DNA of 64,000 bases, from contig OX597829.1 of assembly GCA_951406725.2 (NCBI GenBank), positions 31,496,001 through 31,560,000 on the forward strand, in the 5' to 3' direction. Made by a program: the position numbers and the translations under genes. Position 1 is the stretch's first letter. Every line of letters begins with the position of its first letter. Origin of the DNA: Octopus vulgaris (Eukaryota). The notes beneath the pieces are model-generated. The model made no database searches. It saw only the letters and a program-made list of their open reading frames with translations, and had not been told where the DNA came from. This document shows positions 38,320 through 52,474 of this stretch, piece by piece.

Positions 38320-38890
38320 GACTGCAACGGTTAGAACCGACAATTTTAAGTGTAGGTGTTAAGAAAATATATGTTACATGTTTTAGCACACAACGTTGCG
38401 ACGTTTAGACTCGATAATTTTAGGTGCCGATGTTAAGAAAATACACGTTACAGCAACCTGAGAATGCTAAAAAAAATTGATGAACATTTTGACCCCACAA
38501 CAATTTAGGCCAAATTTCGTTAATCAGTTAATCAAAAATCCGTTTTGCTTGAGTGGCCTAGGTAAAAATTTATTTGTCTCAACACATCCTTAGCGCTTAT
38601 TCCATCTGTGTGTAAAACATCAAGAAAATCAGTTGAAAACTTTAAAAGTTATGGCAGAAAATGACATTCATATGAGAATTTGCATTGAAATATCCTATTG
38701 ACTTTTGAGGAATGGATGCTGATTAAAAATTATCGATGCTTTTTAAATTCCAAGTGCGTAAGTGACTGCAGAGGCATAAGCACTCCACACGATTCAAGTT
38801 TCATAATATCGGTTGGATAGTCTCGGAGGGGTTAAAGTAACAAAAGCACAGAGCCACGAACAGACAGAAATTGACTTTTTATATATATAT
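38320..38890 (-). mobile_element. Possible Helitron-like element (only the 5' end is recognisable) with an internal tandem repeat of about 72 bp
   Basis: Reverse complement begins TATATATAAAAG..TCTGTCTG like the other Helitron 5' ends; tandem unit at 38320-38450; 3' end not found. Confidence 0.4.
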
Positions 38891-38891
38891 G

Positions 38892-39118
38892 TTTCTTTAT
38901 TACCCACAAGGGGCTAAACACATGGGGACAAACAAGGACAGACAAAGGGATTAAGTCGATTACATCGACCCCAGTGCGTTACTGGTACTTAATTTATCGA
39001 CCCCGAAAGGATGAAAGGCAAAGTCGACCTCGGCGGAATTTGAACTCAGAACGTAACGGCAGACGAAATACCGCAAAGCATTTCGCCCGGCGTGCTAACG
39101 TTTCTGCCAGCTCGCCGC
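38892..39118 (-). mobile_element. SINE family B, full length
   Basis: Head to tail intact. Confidence 0.9.
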
Positions 39119-39143
39119 CTTTTTTATATATAGATATACACAA

Positions 39144-39217
<74 letters not shown>

Positions 39218-39338
39218 GTGTGTGTGCGCGTGTGTGTGTGTGTATGCATATGTGAGTGGAAAATCAAACTACTAGTATTTAACACGTTCTACCGACAGAA
39301 AACCCGAAAGCAAGCTGTTAAGTCAGGTTTGTATAAAG

Positions 39339-39683
39339 CAAAGGTTCTCGTAACCGGGTCCAAATGGACCCCGAAGATTCATATAGGATTTTGGTGGAGC
39401 GGGGGTGGGGGGGGCACGGATGCAATATAGTAAATTGGGGGTCTATGACAATTTTTCAGGGGCCATGAAAGAACTGTGCTTCAGACCAGTAATCTTTATA
39501 TGCGATAAATTGGTTGTACATCAACAATACACAGGATACGTCAACAATTACTCTAATACATTAATATTTAATTATAGAAATATAACAATATTTTTATTTT
39601 TAAGATCAAATGTGTGTGGGGTCCACCCAAATAAATTAGGAATCAAAGGCGTAAAAGTCATTAGAAATGGTTGAGAGTCACTG
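39339..39683. mobile_element. hAT-like MITE, decayed
   Basis: CAAAGGTTCTC..AACC / GGTTGAGAGTCACTG ends; 8-bp flanks GTATAAAG / ATATGAAG (6 of 8 match). Confidence 0.6.
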
Positions 39684-39835
39684 ATATGAAGTGTTAATTG
39701 CCATGAATTCTTTGACACTACTTTAGTATTAAGGAGATTTAGTAATAAAGACATTTTCTCGAATTTCTGTACTAACATGCATTCATTGTGTGTTGTGTGT
39801 GTGTGTGTCTGTCTGTCTGTCTGTGTGTCTGTGCT

Positions 39836-39887
<52 letters not shown>

Positions 39888-40069
39888 TGTGTGTGTCTAC
39901 GTGTGTGTGTATATATACGCGTCCACTCGTATATGTGGTTGTCTATATGTAAAAATAATACATACACACACACACACACATATATATATATGCATATACA
40001 CATGTTTTCGCGTATGGATATCTGTTCATGTGTACACACATACACTCACACACACACACGCACATACAT

Positions 40070-40140
<71 letters not shown>

Positions 40141-40392
40141 TAAGCGTCTAACTATGTATGCATGCATATATACAAATATATGCATGTGTGCAAATGTACA
40201 TGTTACTTAGTTGCAAGTGACACATTTCGTTATGAGTAATATTGGAATAGGTGTGATCACAATAACTGAGTTGACCTGTTTCTTTGTTCATTTGGTTTTA
40301 CTTTTAAAATTCTCACCAATCGAGGAAGAGCCGCCTCAACCCAGAAACACAAGTTAGGCTATGGAATTTAGACAACATTAAGTAGGAAGTCA

Positions 40393-40900
40393 TGTATGTA
40401 TGTAAGTATGTGTGTACGTACGTACGTATGTATGTATGTATGTATGTATGTATGTATGTATGTATGTATGTATGTATGTATGTATGTATGTATATATATG
40501 TTTATATATGTATGTATGTATGTATGTATGTGTATGTATGTATGTATGTATGTATGTATGTATGTATCTATGTATGTATTATTATCCATGTATGTATGTT
40601 TACATGTATGTATATATATGTATATATATATATATACATATGTATGTGTGTGTATGTATGCATTGTATGTATTTATGTGTGAATATATTTGTGTGTGTAT
40701 GTATATTTGTATGTATGTATGTATTTATGTATGTATATATATGTATGTATGTGTTAGTATGTATGTGTATGTATGTGTTTATGTATATATGTATATATTA
40801 TGTATTCATGTATGTATGTTTGCATGTATGTATATATATATATACATATGTATGTGTGTGTATGTATGCATTGTATGTATTTATGGATCTATATATGTGT
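40393..40900. repeat. (TATG)n degenerate array with an internal direct duplication of about 100 bp
   Basis: 40577-40680 is repeated at 40796-40890. Confidence 0.85.
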
Positions 40901-41039
40901 GACGATGACGTCATAAGTGATGATGACGTCATATCTGCTGTTGACTTTTTTTTTACCTTTTTTACCAAGAGGATAAAAATTTCTTCACCAATCTAAGCGT
41001 TGCAACACTGACGGAAGGAAAATGTGTACCGCAAAAGGG

Positions 41040-41900
41040 AACTATGTTGAAAAATAACCCTCATTTGGACACATTCTCTGTCAATGAACCTTTCAAACGA
41101 CCCTTGTATGTGAGAATTAGTTGATTGATTTAATTTTCTGTAAACCATAGCTTTTCCAGATTGTCACATAGAAATTTACTCACAAACCCAAGTGCACTAA
41201 TTATTATTGGTATAAATGTGAATTTATAATTTAGATATACGAGCTGGAGGTCTCGAAACAATTGTCTATAGTTATCCTGTTTCTCTTTGATTTTCAAAGA
41301 GATATTCACATCAGCAGGGCAACTGATCTCTATGACGGTATATACTTTTACGTTAGTATCCGATACAATATCTGACCTGTAATGTTCGATCTTGATAGAA
41401 GTTTTGATTAGAAAATTACACCAATTTTCGTTGTGTTGATGTTTATGTATGTATTCAAAACAATGGAATTCTCTGTATTTATTCCAGAAGTTGTTGTTTT
41501 TTCGGATGGTATTCCATATTGTTTTAGCGACAACGTTGTGTCGTATAGTGAGGTAGTACCTCGATGACATTTCTGGATAACCTCTGATCATGTGTGATGT
41601 CTTCCACGAAAATAGACCTTTTTGATTACATTTCCTTTTTCTGAATAACGAAAGCATATTCTTCCACGTGGGATGTGATGTATCTGTCAGATATCCTGAA
41701 GAGGCTAATTTTCTACTCGATATTCTTAGTAACCTCTGGTTTTCCGAACACGTACCCATACATAACTTTCTTCAGATATAATGAGTGTTTCTGCCCCAAA
41801 TTTTGTTTAAGTAAATTCATCCAGCTAACCTTGAGTCACATTCAACAGTCGTAGGCTCAAGTATCTATCCAGAAGTTCTTCCCCTATTCTGAAGATGTTA
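41040..41900 (-). pseudogene. 3' part of an R4/Dong-like RLE non-LTR element
   Basis: YYLTIRHNVVAK, HYRSDIV, VIEISCPADVN..KIKEK.DNY, IPIIISALG; related to 29800-30330. Confidence 0.85.
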
Positions 41901-41924
41901 TTATTTTCACTTTTCAGTATATAT

Positions 41925-44600
41925 ATATTTTTTCTCTAGTTTCAGCTCAGAGCTGTGGCCATGCTGGTGCACCGCCGTTTTGCTACACTGTTATTACTAA
42001 GAGCCTCGTCTAATATGTGGCACTTGATGAAACATGGAGTTTGATATAGCTACCCTCATTTGCACCTCTTGCCGTAAGGTAGGTCCATCTGGGACTCTCG
42101 ACAGGAAGAGGTCCAGCTTTGATTTTTAAAAAAACCCTACATCTACTTTGTGCAAGTTCCTCAGACTCTTTGAGAGAATATTAAAAAGCTGTGGGCCCTT
42201 GAAACCCAGGTTGTTGCAGTAACTGGTCCTGAAGCGTGATGGCATTGCTGGGATCTTTAGCACTATACAGTGTCGTCCCGTTCTGGCATTGGTGTAGCTT
42301 TCAATGCCAAAATTTGGCACAATTCCTTCCAAGATCTTCCAGATATATATTACTGCATACATCTCTCGTCTTCTCTCCAGCGAGTAGAGTCTTAACTGTT
42401 TCAACCTTTCCCAGTAGCTGAGCTGTTACAAAGAGACGATCTTCTTTGGGAATCTTCTCTGGATTGCTTCAAGGTCCGCTGTTAATTTCACACTGGTGGG
42501 TGACCATATCTGTGAGCAGTAATCCAGGCGGCTGAGGACGAATGTCCGCCAGAGGACCATCATGTTTCCTTATCTCTGGTTCTGAATGTTCTTAGGATCC
42601 AGCCAGCCAGTCGTCTGCATTTTGTCGTCATCCTGGTAATGTGCACTTGGAAAGAGTTATTATCACTCATATCGATACCCAGGTCCCTCACTGACTTAGG
42701 CTCTGGGATTGAAATTCCCTGTGGACCAGTGTACCCTGTAAGTTTCATATTCAGTTTTGGATGCTGGTAGCGCAGGGCTTGGAATTTTTCAGCATTAAAC
42801 TGCATATTATTATCCTCAGCCCATCTGTAAATTGAGTCCAACTCCTGCTGCAGGTGTGTAACATCGCTGGGGTTCTGTATTTTCAGCGAGACTTTCGAAT
42901 CATCTGCATTGCTTGCAAAGGTGGCTATTCGGGCATTTGAGGGCATATCTGAGAGAGCACTATAAAAAGGAGTGGCCCCAAGACAGTGCCCTGTGGAACA
43001 CCGCTCACTATTTGTGTGTTCATAGAGGTGGTTCCATTAGCCACTACTGCCTGACTCCTATCTTTCAGGAAGTCATGTAACCACTCTCCAAGTTTTCCAG
43101 CTATGCCAAGGTCACGCATATCATACCATGATCCACCTTGTCAAAAGCTTGCAAAATCAAGGTATATTACGTCCACATTTGATTTGTTGAGTAACTGCCT
43201 CAACACCCAGTCATAATGTTGTAAGAGTTGGGTCAGGCAGCTCCTACCTGGTCGAAAACCATGCTGGGTATCACTCAGCAAGTTGTTTTCTTCAAGGAAT
43301 GCGATTAGTTTCCCTCTGACTATCCGTTCCATGACTTTGCTGTTGTGTGAAGCCAGAGATATAGGCCTATAGTTTTTAGCATCTGCTCTACTTCCCCCTT
43401 TATGTATTGGGTATATTATACCCTCCTTCAGCTTGCTTGGCAGTTTGCCATTTGTAAGAAAGCTCTGGAAGAGAATCTGGAGGGGTTTTTCCAGAGCATG
43501 CTTACACGATTTGAGGAGGATTGCTAGGAAACCATCAGGACCATCAGTTGAGTTTGTGTCCACTTCATCTATGGCTAGTAGTATATCTTCTTTGCTAATG
43601 TCAATGTATTCCATTGTAACTGCCTCGCTGGTTATAGGTGAGGCGGCAAAGAAGTCCACTGGTTCGTTCAACGGGGTGGTAAAGACTGGTCATTCAGTAT
43701 CTCACTGATCTTAGTTGGACTGTCTGTGAGGGAGCCATCCTTTTGAATGAGGGGTCCAATCTTGTAGTGTACTGAGGCTGTTTCTTTCGTGTAATGAAAG
43801 AAGGCCTTTGGGTTTGACTTAATGTTTTTTATAATCCAGGCTTCTTTGTCTACTTTCTCCCTCACATAGGATTGTTGCAGCCTTTTTTCGATCTCCATCA
43901 GTGTTGTTTTTAGGCGGGACGTTTCGCTACTTTGGGATGTTGGTTGAGTCGATTTGCAACCTTCGTCCGTCGTCTCATGAGAATCTTCCGCTCCCTTGGA
44001 ATCTTGCTCCTATTTGTTTTGGCCTTGTGCGCTGGGACATATTTCTGGAATACGGCTTGCACAGAAGACATGAAACATTCTAGTTTCATGTCAATGTCTG
44101 GTGTGGAGAGACATTTCGGCCAGTCCTCTCTGAGGATCTCTTCTTGGATCGATTTCCAATCTGCTTTGTGGAAGTTCAGATTGGAGAGATTTCGGGTGCT
44201 TCCTTTAGGCTGTATGTCTCTGGTTACTTTCGGCCCAAACATAGACAGCTCTATTATGTTGTGATCCGAGACTAATGTCGGTGTCACTTTCACATCATGA
44301 ATGATGTCCTTATTGTTCGTGAAGCAGAGATCCAGAATGTTATTCGCCCTAGTTGGTCTGAGTACAGCTTGCTCCATGAAAAGGGCATTGGTGAGGTTGA
44401 GCAGGGACTCCACCTGTGCTTGCTTACAATGAGTAATTCCTGAGAGTATGAGACCTTTGGGCCATTTGACGTTGGAGAAGTTGAAATCACCATAATAAAT
44501 ATGGTCACGTGGTATTCCAGATTCATGAGGATTTCTTTAATTCTTGTGAGGCAATCTTCAAACTTGCCTATGTGGTTTGGAGCATCTGGTAGGCAATATG
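41925..44600 (-). mobile_element. CR1-type LINE, 5'-truncated in the APE domain, ORF2 pseudogene
   Basis: GDFN, PTRANNILDL, SDHN, GPDG, NYRPISL, QHGFRPGRSC, DFAKAFD, SGVPQGTVLGP, ADD, YSLERRRE; many frameshifts. Confidence 0.93.
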
Positions 44601-44915
44601 TCTTCTACTAAAGCCTCGGACCGACCAAAGCCTTGTGAGTGGATTTGGTAGACGGAAACTGAAAGAAGCTCGTCGTATATATATGTATATATGTGTGTGT
44701 GTATATTTGTGTGTCTGTGTTTGCCCCCCCCCCCCAATTGTTTGACAGCCAATGCTGGTCTATTTATGTCCCCGTAACTTAGCGGTTCGGCAAAAGAGAT
44801 CGATAGAATAAGTACTAGGCTTACAAAGAATAAGTCCCGAGGTCGATTTGCTCGACTAAAGGCGGTGCTCCAGCATGGCCGCAGTCAAATGATTGAAACA
44901 AGTAGAAGAGAGTAA
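44599..44915 (+). mobile_element. SINE family A, head-truncated
   Basis: Starts at the CORE-like segment, directly against the LINE 5' end. Confidence 0.85.
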
Positions 44916-44918
44916 AGA

Positions 44919-44949
<31 letters not shown>

Positions 44950-44953
<4 letters not shown>

Positions 44954-45143
44954 GACCTCGTGTGTACCGTTGGCGATTTTTTTTCCTGTCTTCCCTTCTC
45001 TGGATCTTTCCTTCTCCTATGTTTCCGACGAAGAGCTCCGTTCGAAACATTAAACCCTCCTTCCTTCCTGAGCGTCCAATAATACTATATTTGTTCCACG
45101 TCGTCGCGTTGTTGTGTTTTTTTGTGCTTTCTTGTTTGCATTA

Positions 45144-45148
<5 letters not shown>
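44950..45148 (+). mobile_element. Solo pLTR-like unit related to the Neptune pLTR, between (TA)n tracts
   Basis: TGAGCG..A.TAATAC and TTTGTT blocks shared with the 16607-16805 pLTR. Confidence 0.7.
45021..45055 (+). ncRNA. Hammerhead-like motif, CCGACGA core
   Basis: gttt CCGACGA a gagc-tcc-gttc GAAA ca TT aaac; stem I is compensated relative to cttt/aaag. Confidence 0.65.
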
Positions 45149-45217
<69 letters not shown>

Positions 45218-45312
45218 CACGCATAAATATATGTATGTGTGCATGCATAAATTTATGTAAGTATGTATTAATGTCTGTATGTGTATGTAATGTATGTATA
45301 CATATATATGTC

Positions 45313-45389
<77 letters not shown>

Positions 45390-45410
45390 AACAAAAATGT
45401 TAATTTTGGA

Positions 45411-45477
45411 CATAGATTTACCAAAGGTTTCGTATCCAAAACGCCAAAATATTGTGGACAGCTCGTCAGACTCTATA
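45411..45477 (-). ncRNA. Type I hammerhead ribozyme, canonical core, long stem II loop
   Basis: tatagagt CTGACGA g-c-tgtcc-(18 nt)-ggata-c GAAA cc-ttt-gg TA aatctatg; one stem I mismatch. Confidence 0.8.
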
Positions 45478-46196
45478 CAAAGACAAAAAATTTTAACATG
45501 CATATATGTACACATGTATGTGTGTGTATACGTGTATGCATGTATATGCATGCACGTTTGACATATGTATGTATATTTGTATGCATATACGTCTACAAGC
45601 TAATATATATATGAGATGAAGCTAGGAGTGTGTGAGAGAAAACGAAATAGTTATAGAAAGACAAAGTTTGGTAGAAAAAGGAAGAGTGCGAAAGAGAGAG
45701 AGAAAGAGAGCGAGGGGAAGAGTGAAAGGGAGACAGCAAGAGAGAGAGAGAGAAAGACAGAGTGAGAGAGAGAGAGAAATAAAGAGAGAACGACAGAACG
45801 AGAAAGAGTGAGACGCAAACAGACCCTGAGGCTACTACAACAGGCTCTGCTCCTCTGGGCGAGCGAGCTACTTCCATGCAGCCTCCACCTAAGCTCGCCC
45901 AGGTCCAGCTACCCTTCCTGCCACCATAACAATACTAGCAAATCCTTCGCCTCCAGAACGTCAACCTCCCTGGAATTCCCTTCTCAGCAACATCTTTCCT
46001 AAATACATCAACTTACAATGTTGCTCTAACTCAGTGTTTCTACAACCTTTTTACTCTTGCGCAGTCCTTAAAATTTAATACATTTTTAGGGGGAATTGTG
46101 AAGATTAAAAATAATCTGCTTTAGAACTATATTAATCTGTACCTGTATCAGTTAAATAAAGTTATATTCTTAACTTTTCTTCGTTTAATTTTCAAC

Positions 46197-46353
46197 AGGT
46201 GTGGCTGTGTGGTAAGTAGCTTGCTAACCAACCACATGGTTCCGGGTTCAGTCCCACTGCGTGGCATCTTGGGCAAGTGTCTTCTACTATAGCCTCGGGC
46301 CGACCAATGCCTTGTGAGTGGATTTGGTAGACGGAAACTGAAAGAAGCCTGTC

Positions 46354-46423
<70 letters not shown>

Positions 46424-46637
46424 ATATGTTTGTGTTTGTCCCTCTAGCATTGCTTGACAACCGATGCTGGTGTGTTTACGTCCCCGTCACTTAGCGGTTC
46501 AGCAAAAGAGACCGATAGAATAAGTACTGAGCTTACAAAGAATAAGTTCCGGGGTCCATTTGCTCGACTAAAGGCGGTGCTCCAGCATGGCCGCAGTCAA
46601 ATGACTGAAACAAGTAAAAGAGTAAAAGAGTAAAGAG
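46197..46637 (+). mobile_element. SINE family A, full length (reference copy)
   Basis: A-box-like TGGCTGTGTGG, B-box-like GGTTCAGTCC, CORE-like CTTGGGCAAG, internal (TA)n, tail hairpin, (GTAAAAGA)n. Confidence 0.92.
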
Positions 46638-47309
46638 TATATAAACATTATACGGTATACTTTCCATAAAACGAACTGTTTTAAGAATTTTAAGTGGATT
46701 AATGGATATCAAACAGAACCTACTTTAGAAGTGCATAATATTAAATCTTTTAAGAATAAATTATCCCTTTATTTTTCATAGTTCCTTATACTTTAAGTTG
46801 GTGCAGCTATGTATTAAGAAGTTTACATTTCAGCCACAGGCCCGCGGGTTCAATAACTACGGGCCGACCAAAGTCTTGTGATTGAATTTGGTAGCCGGAA
46901 ACTGAAAGTAGCCCGTCGTGTGTGTGCCTCTGTGTGTGTGTGTGTATGTGTGTGTGTGTGGCGAACTGCTTCTGAGATTTTTAGCCAAGATTCAAGTTTC
47001 AGATTTTTCTACGAGTTCCTTCTATTGTTCCTCGGTATTTGTACTAAGAAATTTATGAGGTCCAACAGCCATAGATAAGTTCTATTTTTTAACTGAGTAT
47101 TTGCGGTTACCAAAGGTTCATACAAAATAACAGGGGAAAATCCTTTGTTTACCCTGACTTAATTTAGTTAGAAAAAAATACAAATACAGAAACCAAACTC
47201 AATTTTACATTTTTCACTTGTCGCCCTTCGCTGGAAGAATGCATCTTTCTTTTATTCCCTTTATTTATAGCTTGTCACAACGAGACTATGCGACTTTCAC
47301 CCTCTCTAC

Positions 47310-47538
47310 TTTCTTCTTCTTCTTCTTCTTCTTCTTCTTCTTCTTCTTCTTCTTCTTCTTCTTCTTCTTCTTCTTTTTTTTCTTCTTCTTCTTCTTCTTC
47401 TTCTTTTTCTTCTTCTTTTTCTTTTCTTCTTCTTTTCTTCTTCTTGTTGTTGTTGTTGTTCTTTTCTTCTTCTTCTTCTTCTTCTTTTTCTTCTTCTTTT
47501 TCTTTTTCTTCTTGTTCTTCTTTTTTCTTCTTCTTCTT
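47310..47538. repeat. (TTC)n degenerate microsatellite
   Basis: Direct reading. Confidence 0.95.
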
Positions 47539-47650
47539 CGACTATGGAACGTCAACTACTCTGTGTAGAACTCGAAGTTGTTTCTTACATTGTAAAGATA
47601 AAGTTCACATACACACACACAGATATACACATATACATGCACACACACAC

Positions 47651-47686
<36 letters not shown>

Positions 47687-47690
47687 ACAC

Positions 47691-47729
<39 letters not shown>

Positions 47730-47744
47730 ACACACACACACACA

Positions 47745-47990
47745 CTAGCCCAGTATCCCGTCGCTCCCGAGAAATTTTCACAATAGATTCCTTTGGCGAA
47801 CTTTCGAAATACACCACAGCCCACATTGGTTGAAATCTTCTCCGTTTTGACGAGGATTTTTCAAGTTTTTTTTCTCTCGCTACATCCTTGCAAATGATGG
47901 GAGTAAGCTTTTCATGAAAACAATTTTTGAAATATTATTAATCCCCACCCTTTCACAATTCCGGACCGATTTTGTCCAACTTTTCTTTTT
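47745..47990 (-). mobile_element. Helitron-like 3' end fragment
   Basis: Minus strand ends CTCGGGAGCGACGGG-ATACTGGG-CTAG|T, similar to the 3' end at 51049-51076. Confidence 0.55.
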
Positions 47991-48464
47991 TGGCTCGTGG
48001 CAGTGGTGGTGGTGGTGGTGGTGGTGGTGGTGGTGCTGCTGCTGCTGCTGATGATGATGATGATTTTGGCTTGTATTGTTGTTGGTGGCAGTGGATATGG
48101 TGATTATGGTGGATTGGGTAGTGGAGAATGATGGTAAAAATTCTAGTGGTGATAGCGGTGGTGATGATGATGGTAGTTGTAGTGACGGTAGTGTAGTGAT
48201 GGTGATGGTGGTAGCGGTATAGTGTTGGCTGTGACAGGTTGTGTTTAATTAAACATAAACTATAAATCTCACGTGACAAATTCAGTTTAAAATATAAACT
48301 TATATGGCTGCACTGAATAGTAAATATTTTTACATATTTTTTACATGAGTTAAAATTTACTTTTGCTATCATCTCTACCACCACCAACACCACCGACACC
48401 ACCAACACCACCAACACCAACACCGCTTTCACCACTACCACCATGACCACCACCACCACCACTA

Positions 48465-48880
48465 CTTATTTCTTTATTGCCCACATTGGGCTAAACATAA
48501 GAGGGTACAAAGAAGGACAGACAAACGGATAAAGTCGATTAAATCGACCCCAGAGCGTAACTGGTACTTAATTTATCGACCCCGAAAGGATGAAAGGCAA
48601 AGTCGACCTTGGCGTAATTTGAACTCAGAACGTAGCGGCAGACGAAATACCTATTTCTTTACGACCCACAAGGGGCTAAACACAGAGGGTACAAACAAGG
48701 ACAGACAAACGGGTTAAGTCGATTATATCGACCCCAGTGCGTAACTGGTACTTATTTAATCGACCCTGAAAGGATGAAAGGCAAAGTCGACCCCGGCGGA
48801 ATTTGAACTCAGAACGTAACGGCAGACGAAATACCGCTAAGCATTTCGCCCGGCGCGCTAACGTTTCTGCCAACTCGCCA
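48465..48880 (-). mobile_element. SINE family B head-to-tail dimer
   Basis: Junction at 48652/48653. Confidence 0.9.
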
Positions 48881-49650
48881 CCACTACTGCCATCACAACT
48901 ACCACGACAATCACCAGAACCACCCATCATAGCCACTTCTACCACCATCATCATCATCATCATCATCACAACAACTATAACTATTACCAAAAGAGTGTAG
49001 AATCCCTGTCGTTATGTGGATGATTGATCTTCAAGAAATAGTAGTCAGATATCTCAGAATACAATCTACCAATTAAAAAAAAAAAATAGAATGACATATC
49101 AGATAATAATAGTCCGGGACAGATTATGACCTGAAAATAGCATGTTCTTGATTAGAATATCTTTGGACATAGGATCAGGGCTTACAAATATAACCCCCAC
49201 CCATCCCCACCCCCACCCCCACCCCCAGCGCCAGCATAGGCACTATCGCCTCACTACCATTACTTCTGGCGACACCATTTCCAGCTCAGATCCCATCCCT
49301 AGCCACACATGATCTATCACAAACCACCACCACCACCACAACAACAGCCTTTATTGTTACCATCACCAACGCCAATACCACCGCTAGCAACCGCCATCGG
49401 TACCACCGTTACAACAACCCCAACCACTACCACCGCCACCACCACCACCACCACCATCGTTACCACCACTACCTTCATTATCATACGTATCATCATCGCC
49501 AGCCCCCATCATCATCATCATCATCATCATCGTGATTATAATCATGGTCACAGTACAGAGAACATCCACACCACCCAACCACTGATACAATGTTACAAAT
49601 CTATGATGAATGTTCATAATTACAAACAGGAATATTTATTTGTAAACAAA

Positions 49651-50013
49651 GGCGTAGGAGTGGCTGTGTGGTAAAGCGGCGAGTTGGCAGAAACGTTAGC
49701 ACGCCGGACGAAATGCGTAGCCCTATTTCGTCTGTCGTTACGTTCTGAGCTCAAATTCCGCCGAGGTCGACTTTGCCTTTCATCCTTTCGGGGTCGATAA
49801 ATTAAGTACCAGTTACGCACTGGGGTCGATGTAATCGACTTAATCTCCTTGTCTGTCCTCTCTGTGTTTAGCCCCTTGTGGGTAATAAAGAAATAGGTAA
49901 GTAGCTTGGCACCTTTGGCAAATGTCTTCTACTATAGCCTCGGGCCGACCAAAGCCTTGTCGGTGGATTTGGTAGACGGAAACTGAAAGAAGCCCGTCGT
50001 ATATAAGCATATG

Positions 50014-50085
<72 letters not shown>

Positions 50086-50307
50086 TGCGTCTGTGTTTGT
50101 GCGTCTGTGTTTGTGCGTCTGTGTTTGTCATCGCTTCACAACCGATGCTGGTGTGTTTACGTCCCCGTAACATAGCGGTTCGGCAAAAGATTCCGATAGA
50201 ATAAGTACTAGGTTTACAAAGAATAAGTCCTGGGGTCGATTTACTCGTCTAAAGGCAGTTCTCCAACATGGCCGCAGTCAAATGACTGAAACAAGTAAAA
50301 GAGTAAA
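49651..50307 (+). mobile_element. SINE A with a SINE B (49675-49895) inserted in its head
   Basis: GGTAA is duplicated at 49670-49674 and 49896-49900. Confidence 0.88.
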
Positions 50308-50432
50308 CATACATAGTGTATGACTATGTCACTGCGTGTGTGTATATATGTGTGTGTATGTGTATATGTATGTATGTGTGTGTATGTGTGTGTATGTATG
50401 TGCGGGGATATATATTACATACATATATATAT

Positions 50433-50810
<378 letters not shown>

Positions 50811-50987
50811 TCGTACATACACTCATAGACAGACAGGTACACACACAGAGACACACAGACAAACAGACAGACAGACAGGCACACATCAAGCAGACAGACA
50901 TAGAGACAGGTAGGTAAATAGGTAGGTTGATGAGAAGATAAAGAGATGGACAGACGTAGAAATAGACACACCGATAGGTAGATATAT

Positions 50988-51048
<61 letters not shown>

Positions 51049-51049
<1 letters not shown>

Positions 51050-51348
51050 TAGCAGTATCGCCCGGCGTTGGTCGGGTTTGTAAGGGAAATAACTATATAA
51101 GCATTTTTAGAGAGTTACTTCCCTTATATAATAGCAAAAAAATGCATTAAAAATGGGAAAAAATGATGGTAAATTTTTTTTTAAATCGTAGACTCATCAT
51201 AGACGCGCGCTAATACCCAGAAGGGCTCGATATGAATGACGACTATAAGATACCCGCCTTTGGTTAAACTGCACCGCAAAATGTGGGAGTAGTTAGGAAT
51301 CTAAATCGTAGGAGACAGACACTCACACAACTTCACTTTTATATATAA

Positions 51349-51351
<3 letters not shown>
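51049..51351 (-). mobile_element. Non-autonomous Helitron, complete ends, inserted in (TA)n
   Basis: A|TC TTTATATATAAAAG 5' end; hairpin CCCG-ACCAACGC-CGGG then CTAG|T 3' end; no TSD. Confidence 0.88.
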
Positions 51352-51382
<31 letters not shown>

Positions 51383-51792
51383 CGTATGCATGAATGTGCG
51401 TGTGTGTGTGTGTGCGCGCGCGCTTATGTATGTATGTTTTTCACATTCTTTGAACAGAAGACACAATACAAGATAAGGAGTCAAATATTTAGAAGAATAT
51501 CTATTACAAGTCTCACCAGTTACCTATGTCCCGTGTATTATATCTTATTATCTATTATCCATAGTTCTATACGAGTACCACGTGACATTTGTAAGCCTAT
51601 ATTAGCACACGCGCACACATACACATACAAAGAGAAACGCGAACGCACGCACGGACACACACACACAAAAACACACTTCAATGAGTACAAGCTTTCCCAC
51701 GCACAGATATTCTTGCATAGATGCATACATAGATACGTAGATTGATACAAACATAAACATGAATACGTACGCCTACCTATATGGTTCTATCA

Positions 51793-51828
51793 TACATACA
51801 TACATACATACATACATACATACATACA

Positions 51829-51862
<34 letters not shown>

Positions 51863-51872
51863 CATACATACA

Positions 51873-51906
<34 letters not shown>

Positions 51907-52143
51907 CATACATACATACATACATATATACATACATACATACACACAAACATACATATATACATACATACATACATACATACATACATACATACATACA
52001 TACATACATACACACATATATACATACATACATACATACATACATGCATGCATGCATGCATACATACATACATACATACATACATACATACATACATACA
52101 AACATACATACATACATACATACATACATACATACATACATAC

Positions 52144-52174
<31 letters not shown>

Positions 52175-52215
52175 CATACATACATACATACATACATACA
52201 TACATACATACACGC
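51793..52215. repeat. (TACA)n long array
   Basis: Direct reading. Confidence 0.95.
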
Positions 52216-52232
52216 ATACATACATTTGCATA

Positions 52233-52442
52233 TATTCTTTTATTTGTTTCAGTCATTTGACTGCGGCCATGCTGGAGCACCGCCTTTAGTCGAACAAATC
52301 AACCCGGGACTTATTGACTTATTCTTTGTAAGCCTAGTACTTAGCCTATCGGTCTCTCTTGCCGAACCACTAAGTGACGGGGCCGTAAACACACCAGCAG
52401 CGGTTGTCAAGCGATGTTGGGCAGACAAACACAGATATACAA

Positions 52443-52474
<32 letters not shown>

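Noticed and set aside
46197-46262. SINE heads as tRNA genes
   Set aside because: They have A/B boxes but no complete cloverleaf and continue into SINE bodies
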